Origin: Bacteroidota bacterium
GTDB lineage: Bacteria > Bacteroidota > Bacteroidia > Bacteroidales > UBA7960
NCBI GenBank assembly: GCA_007694165.1
Contig: RECE01000212.1
Span: 29,505 to 93,504, forward strand
DNA length: 64,000 nt
Direction: 5' to 3'
How positions within the stretch are numbered: position 1 is the first letter of the stretch; every line of letters begins with the position of its first letter. Below the pieces are notes generated by a model. That model was not told the DNA's origin and made no database searches. It was given only the letters and a program-made list of their open reading frames with translations. Made by a program: the position numbers and the translations under genes. Positions 38,947 through 48,304 of this stretch are shown here, piece after piece.

Positions 38947-39507
38947 ATGATAAATACATTCCAAATCGATAAATCCTGGAGTCTTTTTCTTGACAGAGAT
39001 GGTGTGATCAATGAAAGAAAGATGGACGCTTACGTTTTAACTCCTGCTGATTTTGTTTTTCGGGAAGAAGCAGAACAGAGTATAGCAAAGCTCTCCAAAC
39101 TCTTCGGACCTGTTGTTGTGGTTACCAATCAGCAGGGAATTGGAAAGGGATTAATGACAGAGGATGATTTGCATGCTATTCATGAAAAAATGCTCACGGG
39201 AATAAATTCTGCCGGGGGACGGGTTGACAAAGTTTATTTCTGTCCGGAACTGAAAGAATCCCATAGCTTTCATCGCAAGCCTTCCCCGGGGATGGCCCTT
39301 CGTGCGAAAAAAGATTTTCCTCTTATTCGTTTCAGGAAATCTGTCATGGTGGGCGATACCATTAGCGATATGAAATTCGGCAAGCGGCTCAAAATGGTCA
39401 CCGTTTTCATTGGGGAAGAAAAAGAACTGATTTCCCAAAATCATAGGCTTATTGATTATGCTTTTCCCGGATTGAAGGAATTTGCTGATTTTGTCTCAGT
39501 TGGGTAG
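38947..39507 (+). CDS. gmhB: D-glycero-D-manno-heptose-1,7-bisphosphate 7-phosphatase (HAD-IIIA)
   Basis: Trimmed to the ATG at 38947. Motifs LFLDRDGVINE, VVTNQQGIGKG, HRKPSPGM and MVGDTISD. Confidence 0.8.
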   Translation: MINTFQIDKSWSLFLDRDGVINERKMDAYVLTPADFVFREEAEQSIAKLSKLFGPVVVVTNQQGIGKGLMTEDDLHAIHEKMLTGINSAGGRVDKVYFCPELKESHSFHRKPSPGMALRAKKDFPLIRFRKSVMVGDTISDMKFGKRLKMVTVFIGEEKELISQNHRLIDYAFPGLKEFADFVSVG

Positions 39508-39630
39508 TAAGGAGCCTGAATTGTTATATTTCTTAGAAATATGCGTTCTGTCCCTGAGCAATGATTACGTGAAACCCTCGTTACTTTTTGTAGTCAAATT
39601 GTTATTTTTGCACAGTTTTAATAGTATATA

Positions 39631-40413
39631 ATGCGAAACTTAAAAATTATTCTTTCTGCAGTTTTTGTCATTTTTTTCTGCTTTTCTATGCAGGGGCAAG
39701 AAAATGATTACAATATAAAAGACGCCCAGGGCCTTCGGCAAGGTTTGTGGCGGGGATACTTTGCCAGTGGAAGTGTAAGATATGAAGGCCATTTTACAGA
39801 CGATGAACCCACCGGGGTGTTCAGGTATTATTATCCACAGGGGCAACTAAGGGCTGAGCTAATCCACCTGGAAGACGAAGAAGCCGTTAAGGCAACCTAT
39901 TACCACAGAAACAGAGCCATATTGGGTGAGGGTTTTTTTGTAGATCAGAAAAAAGAAGGACTTTGGAGATTTTTCACCGAATCCGGAGTTCTTATCCTTG
40001 AGAATTATTATCAAAATGACCAGAACCATGGTGTGTGGAAAACATTTTACGACAATGGCAAACAGGCAGAGATGATAACCTGGCACAGGGGTAAACAACA
40101 GGGACCCTATGAAAGATATTATCCCAACGGCAGTATTCAAATAAGAGCCAATTATGAAAATGATGAGCTAAACGGAAGGTATGAGGTTTTCCATGTTAGT
40201 GGTGAACCAAGGGTTACAGGTTACTACAAGAATAATCTCAGCGAAAATCAATGGACTTTTTATGCGAGAAACGGAGATGTGCAGAAAAGAGTCAACTATG
40301 AAAAAGGACAGATTATCAAAGAAGAAATATTTATAGAAACGGAGGATGAAGCCATACCCCTCCGGCCAGGGCCAAGCATTCATGATGACCCTTTTAGCCC
40401 CGGAGGATTCTAA
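39631..40413 (+). CDS. MORN-repeat-variant / YwqK-family protein, secreted
   Basis: 260 aa with a signal peptide. Repeated G.W..YY.NG....E..Y..G..NG units. Confidence 0.65.
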   Translation: MRNLKIILSAVFVIFFCFSMQGQENDYNIKDAQGLRQGLWRGYFASGSVRYEGHFTDDEPTGVFRYYYPQGQLRAELIHLEDEEAVKATYYHRNRAILGEGFFVDQKKEGLWRFFTESGVLILENYYQNDQNHGVWKTFYDNGKQAEMITWHRGKQQGPYERYYPNGSIQIRANYENDELNGRYEVFHVSGEPRVTGYYKNNLSENQWTFYARNGDVQKRVNYEKGQIIKEEIFIETEDEAIPLRPGPSIHDDPFSPGGF

Positions 40414-40697
40414 ATAAGTGCAATAGAGCCAGGATTTTATTTATCTTTATTCCGTCAACTTACTAAGCGGATGTATTCGTTTTCGACAAATAGATATTGG
40501 AGCCCACTACGAGAACTTGTTTTCTGCAATTGGCTATGCGGAGCTGCGCTTCGGTTTGTGAAAATTCCACACTTATAATCCTTAGATAATCAGATTTATA
40601 AGTGGAAAATCCATTTTCAGAAAAACAAACAATGGCTTCTTGATAGGACAATGTCAAACAATTAATATAAACCAATACACATAAAGAACACAAGTAT

Positions 40698-41414
40698 ATG
40701 GTAGTTTTTAAAAGGCCTTTCACTTTCCTGATGTTTATTCTGATGATGGGTCTGTTGATGACTTCATGTGAAACCAGCGAAGGGGAACCGGTTTATATAG
40801 GGTATGAGTATTTTGGTCAAACAGAAGGTAAATGGCTTGTTTATGAGGTAGACAGCACGGTTTATGATGACTTTCTGGGTGAAGTTTTTCATTATCAATA
40901 CCAGGTAAAAGAAGTAAACGCGGGATTTTTGGATACTTTAACGGGAAATGACAAAATGCGTTTGGAGAGGTTTTTCCGGAATAATGATCAGGATCCATGG
41001 CAGATAAAGAATGTTTGGACGTCTCAATTAACCAAAGATAAAGCCCTTAGGACTGAAGAAAATATAACCTATGTTAAGCTCTCTTTTCCTTTATGGATAA
41101 ATCCGGAAATTGCAGGAAGAGGAAACCAATGGGATGGAAATGTGTATAACGTGAAACCCTCACAGGACTATATTATTAAATATCTGCATGAGCCGATGCA
41201 GCTGGGAACTCTTGTTTTTGATTCAACCCTCAGGGTTTTGCAAAAAGATTTTAAAACTTTGATTGGCGAAGAGCTTCAATACGAAATATATTCGACGCAT
41301 ATAGGTATGATTAGAAAAAAGTATATTGACTTGAGTACTGATATTGATGGTACCATAGTAAGGGGAGTAGATTACAGTTATGATTTGATTGATTATGGTT
41401 TTGAAAGTTATTAG
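40698..41414 (+). CDS. Hypothetical lipoprotein
   Basis: 238 aa. The signal ends LLMTSC. I recognise no family. Lies immediately upstream of the S8 peptidase. Confidence 0.5.
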   Translation: MVVFKRPFTFLMFILMMGLLMTSCETSEGEPVYIGYEYFGQTEGKWLVYEVDSTVYDDFLGEVFHYQYQVKEVNAGFLDTLTGNDKMRLERFFRNNDQDPWQIKNVWTSQLTKDKALRTEENITYVKLSFPLWINPEIAGRGNQWDGNVYNVKPSQDYIIKYLHEPMQLGTLVFDSTLRVLQKDFKTLIGEELQYEIYSTHIGMIRKKYIDLSTDIDGTIVRGVDYSYDLIDYGFESY

Positions 41415-41479
41415 TAACCCTGGTGGGTTTAATTGAACATAAAACCGGCGAGCTCAGTTTAGTTAAAAAAACTTTCATT

Positions 41480-43174
41480 ATGAATTACAGTATACTCCGG
41501 GTAATTGTATTATTGCTGTTTGTTGGTAAACTAATTGCCGGTGAACCTGTAATGATATGGGTAGAATTTACTGATAAAGCCAACAGTCCTTATAGCCTGT
41601 CGAACCCCCATGAGTTTCTTTCTCCACGAGCCATTGAAAGAAGACAAAAACAGAGTATACCTATTGATTTTTATGATATTCCTGTATCTTCCCAATACGT
41701 AAATACCATTGTGGCTGAAACAGGAATGGAGCTATATTATACAAGCAGGTGGTTTAACGGAGCCATGTTCAAGGCTCAATCTGCAGACGTGACAGAGGTG
41801 CTTCCACAATTCAATTTTGTTTCGTTTAGTGAGATTGCCAAATCTAAAGTGCCTGACAAATCAGAAGAATCCGGCACCCAGCAAACAAAGGATACAGCCA
41901 GGTATCAGTGCCTGAATGATTATAAAGGAGGATTTCCTTTTTCCAGCAATACTTATCCGGAAATGACAGCAGATTATGGATCGGCGGAAGGACAGGTTAC
42001 CCTGGTTAACGGGCAAAGTCTTCATAACAGGGGGTACTGGGGTGCAGGCAAAGTTATTGCAGTGCTTGATGCGGGATTCAGAGCAGTGGATACTCTCAGG
42101 GCATTTAATGAAATGTGGGCCAATAACCAAATCCTGGGATATTATGATTTTTCACAAGCCAGACAAGAGTTATACCAGGGGCACAGCCATGGCTCATTAG
42201 TTTTCTCTGTAATGGCTGCAAGCATTCCCGGCGAATATTCCGGTGTTGCAACAGCAGCGTCTTACTGGCTTTTGCGCACGGAAGATGCCGCATCAGAGTT
42301 CAGGGTAGAGGAGTATAATTGGCTGGCGGGTGCAGAATATGCCGATAGTGTTGGTGCTGATATCATTAACTCATCCCTGGGGTATACAGTATTCGATGAC
42401 CCTTCTCAAAACTATACTTACTATGACCTGGACGGAGGCACTACTGTTGTGGCAAGAGCAGCAAATATGGCATTCAGCAGGGGTATCCTGGTGGTAAACA
42501 GTGCCGGGAATTATGGCACACAAAACTGGAGATACATTGGTTCGCCGGCCGATGCACATGGTGCTTTGGCGGTGGGAGGTACCAACAGTGAAGGAAACAG
42601 GGCCTCTTTCAGTTCTATAGGACCCACTCCGGATGGCAGGGTGAAACCTCAGGTTATGGCCCAGGCGCAGGCAGTTTCTGTTGTGAATACAATGGGAGCA
42701 ATTGGAAATGCCAATGGCACATCGTTTTCTGCTCCCCTTATTTCCGGTATGGCTGCTTGTTTGTGGGAAATGTTTCCCGAAGCTTCCAATAAAGAAATAC
42801 AACAAGCCATTATTAGAAGCGGTGACAGATACCTCATGCCAGATTTTTATTATGGCTATGGAATTCCTGACTTTGAGCATGCCATATCTTTCCTGGAAAG
42901 AAAAACCGAGGATTCAAAATATCTCAAACTTGCAAACAATCCTTTGCTGCCTGAATCTGCCATCTCTTTTTATGCCTACCAGCACGAAGTGATCTCCATT
43001 GAATTGATTAACAGCAGTGGGCAAAAAGTTTGGAACAAAGGTAATATTGCTGTTTATCCCGGATATAATGAAATTAAACCCTTTTCGGATATTGCGGTTT
43101 TATCTTCGGGCATGTATCTTATTAAAGTAAATTTCGGACATAGATCCGAACTGCTCAAAGCCATAAAATTTTAA
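41480..43174 (+). CDS. S8 family (subtilisin-like) serine peptidase with a T9SS C-terminal sorting domain
   Basis: Trimmed from a GTG at 41423 to the ATG at 41480 (MNYSILRVIVLLLF). Catalytic triad contexts: VLDAGF (Asp), HGSLVFS (His), GTSFSAPLISG (Ser). The C-terminal GMYLIKVNFGHRSELLKAIKF is a T9SS-type tail. Confidence 0.8.
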   Translation: MNYSILRVIVLLLFVGKLIAGEPVMIWVEFTDKANSPYSLSNPHEFLSPRAIERRQKQSIPIDFYDIPVSSQYVNTIVAETGMELYYTSRWFNGAMFKAQSADVTEVLPQFNFVSFSEIAKSKVPDKSEESGTQQTKDTARYQCLNDYKGGFPFSSNTYPEMTADYGSAEGQVTLVNGQSLHNRGYWGAGKVIAVLDAGFRAVDTLRAFNEMWANNQILGYYDFSQARQELYQGHSHGSLVFSVMAASIPGEYSGVATAASYWLLRTEDAASEFRVEEYNWLAGAEYADSVGADIINSSLGYTVFDDPSQNYTYYDLDGGTTVVARAANMAFSRGILVVNSAGNYGTQNWRYIGSPADAHGALAVGGTNSEGNRASFSSIGPTPDGRVKPQVMAQAQAVSVVNTMGAIGNANGTSFSAPLISGMAACLWEMFPEASNKEIQQAIIRSGDRYLMPDFYYGYGIPDFEHAISFLERKTEDSKYLKLANNPLLPESAISFYAYQHEVISIELINSSGQKVWNKGNIAVYPGYNEIKPFSDIAVLSSGMYLIKVNFGHRSELLKAIKF

Positions 43175-44256
43175 CCTTTTTTTGAGTGCACATTAAGGGA
43201 TAAACTGATTCCTTGCAACCCTACGGAAAATCATTAACCTTATCAACGTGTTTCTACTCTGACCCAAATCCCAATATATTGTATATTTATAGACGATATT
43301 TCCTGAAAAAGAGAAATATTGGCACCAACTTCCATAACCAATACCCTTCCGTATCTCAATTAATGCCTATCATGATACATGACAATGTGTTTTACGCAAT
43401 TCTCAGCAAGGTATTATTATGTGCTTAGGCTTCGGCCTGATTAAAAAGCATTATCCATTTATGTTTGCTGCCTTTGTTTCACTATGTATTCATTTTAATA
43501 GCTGTATAACTTTCTAAAATACCTCACCCGATACTAACCTATATCTAAAAGGAGAATGGAAACTATCGGTACACGCTATACTGCTGCTGCGAATACCACG
43601 GTGAATGTTACTGGCAATAGGAGATAGACTATTCAAACCTTTATTCAACCATTATAATTTGCTCAATCTATCTTGTACTCCAGGGGAGTGAATAGTATCC
43701 GGTAAGTGTACATCAAAGGCAAAGAAAATTAATTTACAGCATTAGTTACAAGTGTAAACAGAATCAGATGTCCATTTATAAGAAGAATAATACACAATTG
43801 TAAACTACCTAAACGCAAACAAATGTGAATTATACGGAATTACAAATGTGTACAATACTTTCTATTAGATTGATAAATAGGGAAATAGTGTTTTGTGAAT
43901 TTAGTATATTTGTAAAATCAGCAATGTGAACTTCCATGTAATTATCATTTAATGAATTCCTTTGTTAAAAAACAATAATTGGCTGCTTATAAATCATACT
44001 ACCAGTGTTTTACCAGCATTATATGTACTGTTGATTCAATTACAACTGTACTATAGCCTGTAATGCACCTTTTGCGGTTTGATTTGCATATTAGATGATA
44101 ATAGTTATCTATTCAGGTGTATAAAGAGGTCAACTGATGCGTTTATTCAATGTTTTTTGTTTTACATTTGTAATTTCATTAAAATTGTTTAAATTTACAT
44201 CGTTAACCCTTATAGGAAACGGCGCAATTCATTAATGTAAACTAAAGGAAGTTACA

Positions 44257-44787
44257 ATGGTAAACCGCATTCAGGAAATTTTAAAAAGGTACAATTTAAC
44301 TGCAGCAAGATTTGCTGACCAGCTTGAGGTGCCCAGATCCACCATTTCACATATACTCTCGGAAAGAAACAAACCCAGCCTTGAGTTTATTCAAAAGGTT
44401 CTGGATAACTACCCGGAGATAAACACAAACTGGTTATTGAAAGGTGAAGGAACGATATCGGGAAAGGAAATTGACTTGTTTACAGATTTAGAACAAGAAG
44501 CTGAAAACACAAAGTTGCTGGATGTGGAACCATCCCTTAAAAAAGAAGAATTCCCTGCTGAGAATCCCATAGAAAGGACCAGAGCCAGGGAAGAGAATGT
44601 AAATGAAGATCTCAGAGAGAAATCCCGAAAACCGGAGGATACCGAAGGTATTGGCAGCCAGGCTTATACTCCCCAAAAAGAGCATGTTTCAGGAACCCGA
44701 AAAATTGTTAGACTTATTGCTTTTTACCAGGATAATACTTTTGAGGAGTTCCTCCCGGCAGAAAACTCAAATCCATCAATCCATTAA
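44257..44787 (+). CDS. XRE-family helix-turn-helix DNA-binding protein with a low-complexity acidic/basic C-terminal half
   Basis: 176 aa. The N-terminus IQEILKRYNLTAARFADQLEVPRSTISHILSERNKPSLEFIQKVL is a clear HTH_3-type motif. Confidence 0.7.
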   Translation: MVNRIQEILKRYNLTAARFADQLEVPRSTISHILSERNKPSLEFIQKVLDNYPEINTNWLLKGEGTISGKEIDLFTDLEQEAENTKLLDVEPSLKKEEFPAENPIERTRAREENVNEDLREKSRKPEDTEGIGSQAYTPQKEHVSGTRKIVRLIAFYQDNTFEEFLPAENSNPSIH

Positions 44788-45207
44788 TTGAAATCTTTCC
44801 AGTTTGGAGAAGAAAAAATCAGCTTCAACATTAGCGTTTTCATCAGAATCAGAACCATGCACTGCATTCTTTTCGATACTGGCTCCAAATAGCTTTCTCA
44901 GCGTGCCTTCCTCGGCTTTCAAAGGATCCGTGGCACCAATCAACTTTCGATAGTCTTGTACAGCATTTTTTTTCTCCAGAATTGCGGCCACAACCGGTCC
45001 TGATGACATAAACTCTACCAGTCGGGGGTAGAAATTTTGCCCTTCATGTACTTTGTAAAAATCCTTTGCCTGTTGCAAGGTCATTTGAAGATATTTCATG
45101 GCAATTATCCTGAAACCTGCTTCATTTATTTTAGCCAGTATGGGCCCGGTATATCCATTTTGTACCGCATAGGGCTTAATCATTGTCAAAGTAATGCTAC
45201 CTGTCAT
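44776..45207 (-). CDS. ndk: Nucleoside diphosphate kinase
   Basis: 143 aa. Motifs TLTMIKPYAV, GPVVAAILE and NAVHGSDS (active-site His). Confidence 0.88.
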   Translation of the reverse strand: MTGSITLTMIKPYAVQNGYTGPILAKINEAGFRIIAMKYLQMTLQQAKDFYKVHEGQNFYPRLVEFMSSGPVVAAILEKKNAVQDYRKLIGATDPLKAEEGTLRKLFGASIEKNAVHGSDSDENANVEADFFFSKLERFQLMD

Positions 45208-45439
45208 ACGTTTACTGATTTTATTCTCAATTATTAACTATAGATTAAACTTCAATAATAGGGGTATTCTTTTTATTTGATTTGTAATGCAATAGTAATA
45301 AGCTAATTGGGCTATTATGTTTTGAGATGTTATAAGTGCATGGTTTTTTTTACCTTTGTGTATGTAACCGGGACTGCAACTGCCCGATAACTTCATTGAA
45401 ACACAATTAATTCATTTTTGTTTATTAACATATCTCAAA

Positions 45440-46486
45440 TTGGATAACTCTGTTTTACAGCAAGCCAAACAACTACTTGCGGACAAGTCAAAAAAGATAG
45501 TGATAGTAAGCCACGTTAATCCAGATGGAGATGCTGTGGGTTCATCTATGGGCATGTATCATTTTCTCAAAAATGATAAATTTACGAATATATCGGTAAT
45601 TTCTCCCGGATCTTTTCCTGAATTTCTTGCATGGATGCCCGCCACAGAACAAATAATAATTGCCTCTGAAAATCAAAGCAAAGCCCGGTTAGCCATAGCT
45701 GGTGCTGAATTGATACTTTGCCTTGACTTTAACGATATGGGGCGCACTGACCAGCTTGCTGAGGCCCTTGAGAAGGCTTCTGCGCCCAAAATTCTAATCG
45801 ATCATCATCCGGATCCTCTTGACCAGTTTGATCTGGTTCTTTCTCAAGTTAGCGCCTCATCAACCGCTGAGCTTATCTACGAGTTTATTTTGGCATTAAA
45901 CAAACAGCATCTGATTGATGATAAAATAGCCCAATGTCTCTATGCCGGAATCGTTACTGACACGGGTTCCTTCAGCTATGCCTGCAATAACCCCCGTACC
46001 TACTACATAACAGCCCATTTAATATCACTGGGAATAGATGGAGAAAAAATACAACGACAGATATACGATACCTATTCCGAAGACCGCATGCGATTGCTTG
46101 GATATTGCCTGAGTTCGAACCTCAAAGTAATGCTTCAGTGCAAAACAGCCTTTATTTATCTTTCGAAAAATGACCTCAGCAGGTTTAATTACCGGGAAGG
46201 TGATACTGAGGGTGTTGTGAACTATGCCTTGAGTATTAAAGGAGTTCAGATAGCTGCCATATTTATTGAAAGGGATGATGTGGTAAAGATTTCCTTTCGC
46301 TCAGAAGGAGATGTAAATGTCAATACGCTTGCCCGCGAGTACTTTAACGGTGGCGGACATAAAAATGCATCAGGAGGACATTCTTCCGAAAACCTGGAAA
46401 ACACCATAAAAACTTTTGAAAAGCTCATTGAAGATATTTCCAAAGATGATTTCAGACTTTTGAGAGTTTCCAGGGATAATCATTAA
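45440..46486 (+). CDS. nrnA: DHH/DHHA1 family phosphoesterase (NrnA-like oligoribonuclease / pAp phosphatase)
   Basis: 348 aa with a TTG start. Motifs SHVNPDGDAVGS, DHH (LIDHHPD), GIVTDTGSF and GGGHKNASGG. Confidence 0.75.
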   Translation: MDNSVLQQAKQLLADKSKKIVIVSHVNPDGDAVGSSMGMYHFLKNDKFTNISVISPGSFPEFLAWMPATEQIIIASENQSKARLAIAGAELILCLDFNDMGRTDQLAEALEKASAPKILIDHHPDPLDQFDLVLSQVSASSTAELIYEFILALNKQHLIDDKIAQCLYAGIVTDTGSFSYACNNPRTYYITAHLISLGIDGEKIQRQIYDTYSEDRMRLLGYCLSSNLKVMLQCKTAFIYLSKNDLSRFNYREGDTEGVVNYALSIKGVQIAAIFIERDDVVKISFRSEGDVNVNTLAREYFNGGGHKNASGGHSSENLENTIKTFEKLIEDISKDDFRLLRVSRDNH

Positions 46487-46657
46487 CTTTGCAAGGGAAA
46501 CTATGCATTGACGTTTAAATCTTCGGTGCTATTGCATTTTCCCTATTCGTTATAATCCATACATACGCTTTGAATGAACAAAGTATGTGCTAATTTCTTA
46601 GAAAGATAGAATTAATCAATGATAACAGCCTTCACCTATAACCATCTGCCATTTAAA

Positions 46658-47194
46658 ATGCACAAGTTGACCCGACTAAATAATGTTTTTTGGATTGTCA
46701 CGTTACTCTTCTTTATTCAATCATGCCAGTCTCCCAGGCAGGAGAAAAATGAGCCGGATGCTGCAACCATGAGAGAAAATCTCCTGGGAGCCAATGCCAT
46801 TTTACTTGATGCAGAAGACCAGGAAATAAGAGACTTTATCAGCCGACATGGCTGGGAAATGAAAGAAACAGGCTCGGGCCTCAGGTATATGATTTATCAT
46901 GAAGGTGATGGAGAAAAAGCCCGGAAAGACCAAATTGCGGTGTTTCATTATTCGCTGCGATTAATTACAGGAGATTTGGTCTATTCTTCGCAAGAGAGCG
47001 GAATGGCCGAGTTCAGATTAGGCCAGGGCGGGGTCGAAAGTGGCCTGGAAGAAGGATTCAAGCTGTTGCGCGTCGGAGATAAAGCAAGGTTTATTCTCCC
47101 TTCACACCTGGCACATGGGGTGCCCGGTGACGGAGCAAAGATTCCCAGGCGTGCTACATTGATTTATGATATTGAGCTGGCCGAGTTGAAATAA
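46658..47194 (+). CDS. FKBP-type peptidyl-prolyl isomerase lipoprotein (GldI-like in size and layout)
   Basis: I take the start at the second ATG (MHKLTRLNNVFWIVTLLFFIQSC, a lipobox); the ORF opens at 46619. The FKBP core ends IYDIELAELK. Confidence 0.7.
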   Translation: MHKLTRLNNVFWIVTLLFFIQSCQSPRQEKNEPDAATMRENLLGANAILLDAEDQEIRDFISRHGWEMKETGSGLRYMIYHEGDGEKARKDQIAVFHYSLRLITGDLVYSSQESGMAEFRLGQGGVESGLEEGFKLLRVGDKARFILPSHLAHGVPGDGAKIPRRATLIYDIELAELK

Positions 47195-47338
47195 ACTATT
47201 AGATAAACACAAAATTTATTGATTAATAAATAATTCTCTCTAATTAATAATTGCTGCTGTTGTGATTTTGATTTGCTTAAGATTCAATTCTTATTACAAC
47301 ACAGTAACAAATTCAATCATTCAAAATAAAAAATTCCT

Positions 47339-48220
47339 ATGAAAAAAATCTTTTCTCTTATTCCCGCTTTGATGCTTGTTTTTTTCTTTTCATCATGCGC
47401 AGACAGGTCATTCCAGCAAACCGATACCGGATTAACCTACAAATTTCATAAGAGCAACAAGGGAGACAATCCTTCCATTGATAATATTGTGAAGATAGAT
47501 TTTGCTTATCGCTATCCTGAAGATTCTGTTTTTTTTGCCAGCAGCCAGAATCAGACCAGTGCCTATGTTCGTATTACACCCAAACAATATGATGGTGATA
47601 TTTATGAAGCTTTGAGAATGATGGCCAAAGGCGACAGTGCTACATTTAAATTTGATGCAACCAGGTTTTTCACTATCACCATGGATGCAATCAGTGTTCC
47701 TGATTTTATCGATCCTTCAGACAGCATTTTTGTTGACATTGTTATGCATGATTTTTTTAATGAGGAGCAATATGAAGCTTACATGCAAAAACAAAGGGAA
47801 GAGCAAATGAAAGAGCAGGAACTGGCTGCTATGAATGAAACCAAAATTCTTGAACAATACCTTAGAGACCAGAATATTGATGCAGAGGCCGAAGATAGCG
47901 GCTTGATTGTTATCGTTGAAGAAACAGGCTCAGGTCCTCGTCCGGTGTCAGGACAAAAAGTAAAAGTTCATTACACGGGTATGGTACTCGATGGCACTGT
48001 ATTCGATTCTTCTCATGATCGTGGCGAACCCATTGAATTTACCCTTGGACGCGGACAAGTAATCAGAGGCTGGGATGAAGGCATTTCAAAGCTTAATGTA
48101 GGCTCCAAAGCACGATTGATTATACCTTCGCATCTTGCCTATGGCGACAGAGCCAGAAGTGCAGTTATTCAGCCATTTTCTACTTTGATTTTTGATATTG
48201 AGCTGATTGCCGCAGAATAA
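47339..48220 (+). CDS. FKBP-type peptidyl-prolyl isomerase lipoprotein
   Basis: 293 aa. The signal ends FFFSSC. C-terminal FKBP domain: VKVHYTGMVLDGTVFDSS...VIRGWDEG...LIFDIEL. Confidence 0.8.
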   Translation: MKKIFSLIPALMLVFFFSSCADRSFQQTDTGLTYKFHKSNKGDNPSIDNIVKIDFAYRYPEDSVFFASSQNQTSAYVRITPKQYDGDIYEALRMMAKGDSATFKFDATRFFTITMDAISVPDFIDPSDSIFVDIVMHDFFNEEQYEAYMQKQREEQMKEQELAAMNETKILEQYLRDQNIDAEAEDSGLIVIVEETGSGPRPVSGQKVKVHYTGMVLDGTVFDSSHDRGEPIEFTLGRGQVIRGWDEGISKLNVGSKARLIIPSHLAYGDRARSAVIQPFSTLIFDIELIAAE

Positions 48221-48304
48221 GACATTTACATAAGTGTATAAATAACATGATTTAAAAGTGAAAGAATAATCTACCATCACTTTTCAATCTATTAAGCAGG
48301 TTTT

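Noticed and set aside
40463-40723. 86-aa minus-strand ORF in the spacer before the lipoprotein gene
   Set aside because: It overlaps the start of the 40698 gene and has no signal, motif or family resemblance. Its codon content looks intergenic.
43213-43428. 71-aa ORF in the AT-rich region
   Set aside because: It starts at a non-ATG codon, has odd composition and no recognisable motif, and lies in AT-rich DNA. It is probably not coding.
43175-44256. oriC call based on DnaA boxes in the AT-rich region
   Set aside because: By hand I find only 7-of-9 matches to TTATCCACA/TGTGGATAA, for example TTATCCATT near 43451, TGTGAATTA near 43824, TGTGTACAA near 43847 and TAATACACA near 43787. That is roughly the number expected by chance in 1 kb of AT-rich DNA on two strands. 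I keep it only as one hypothesis among several.
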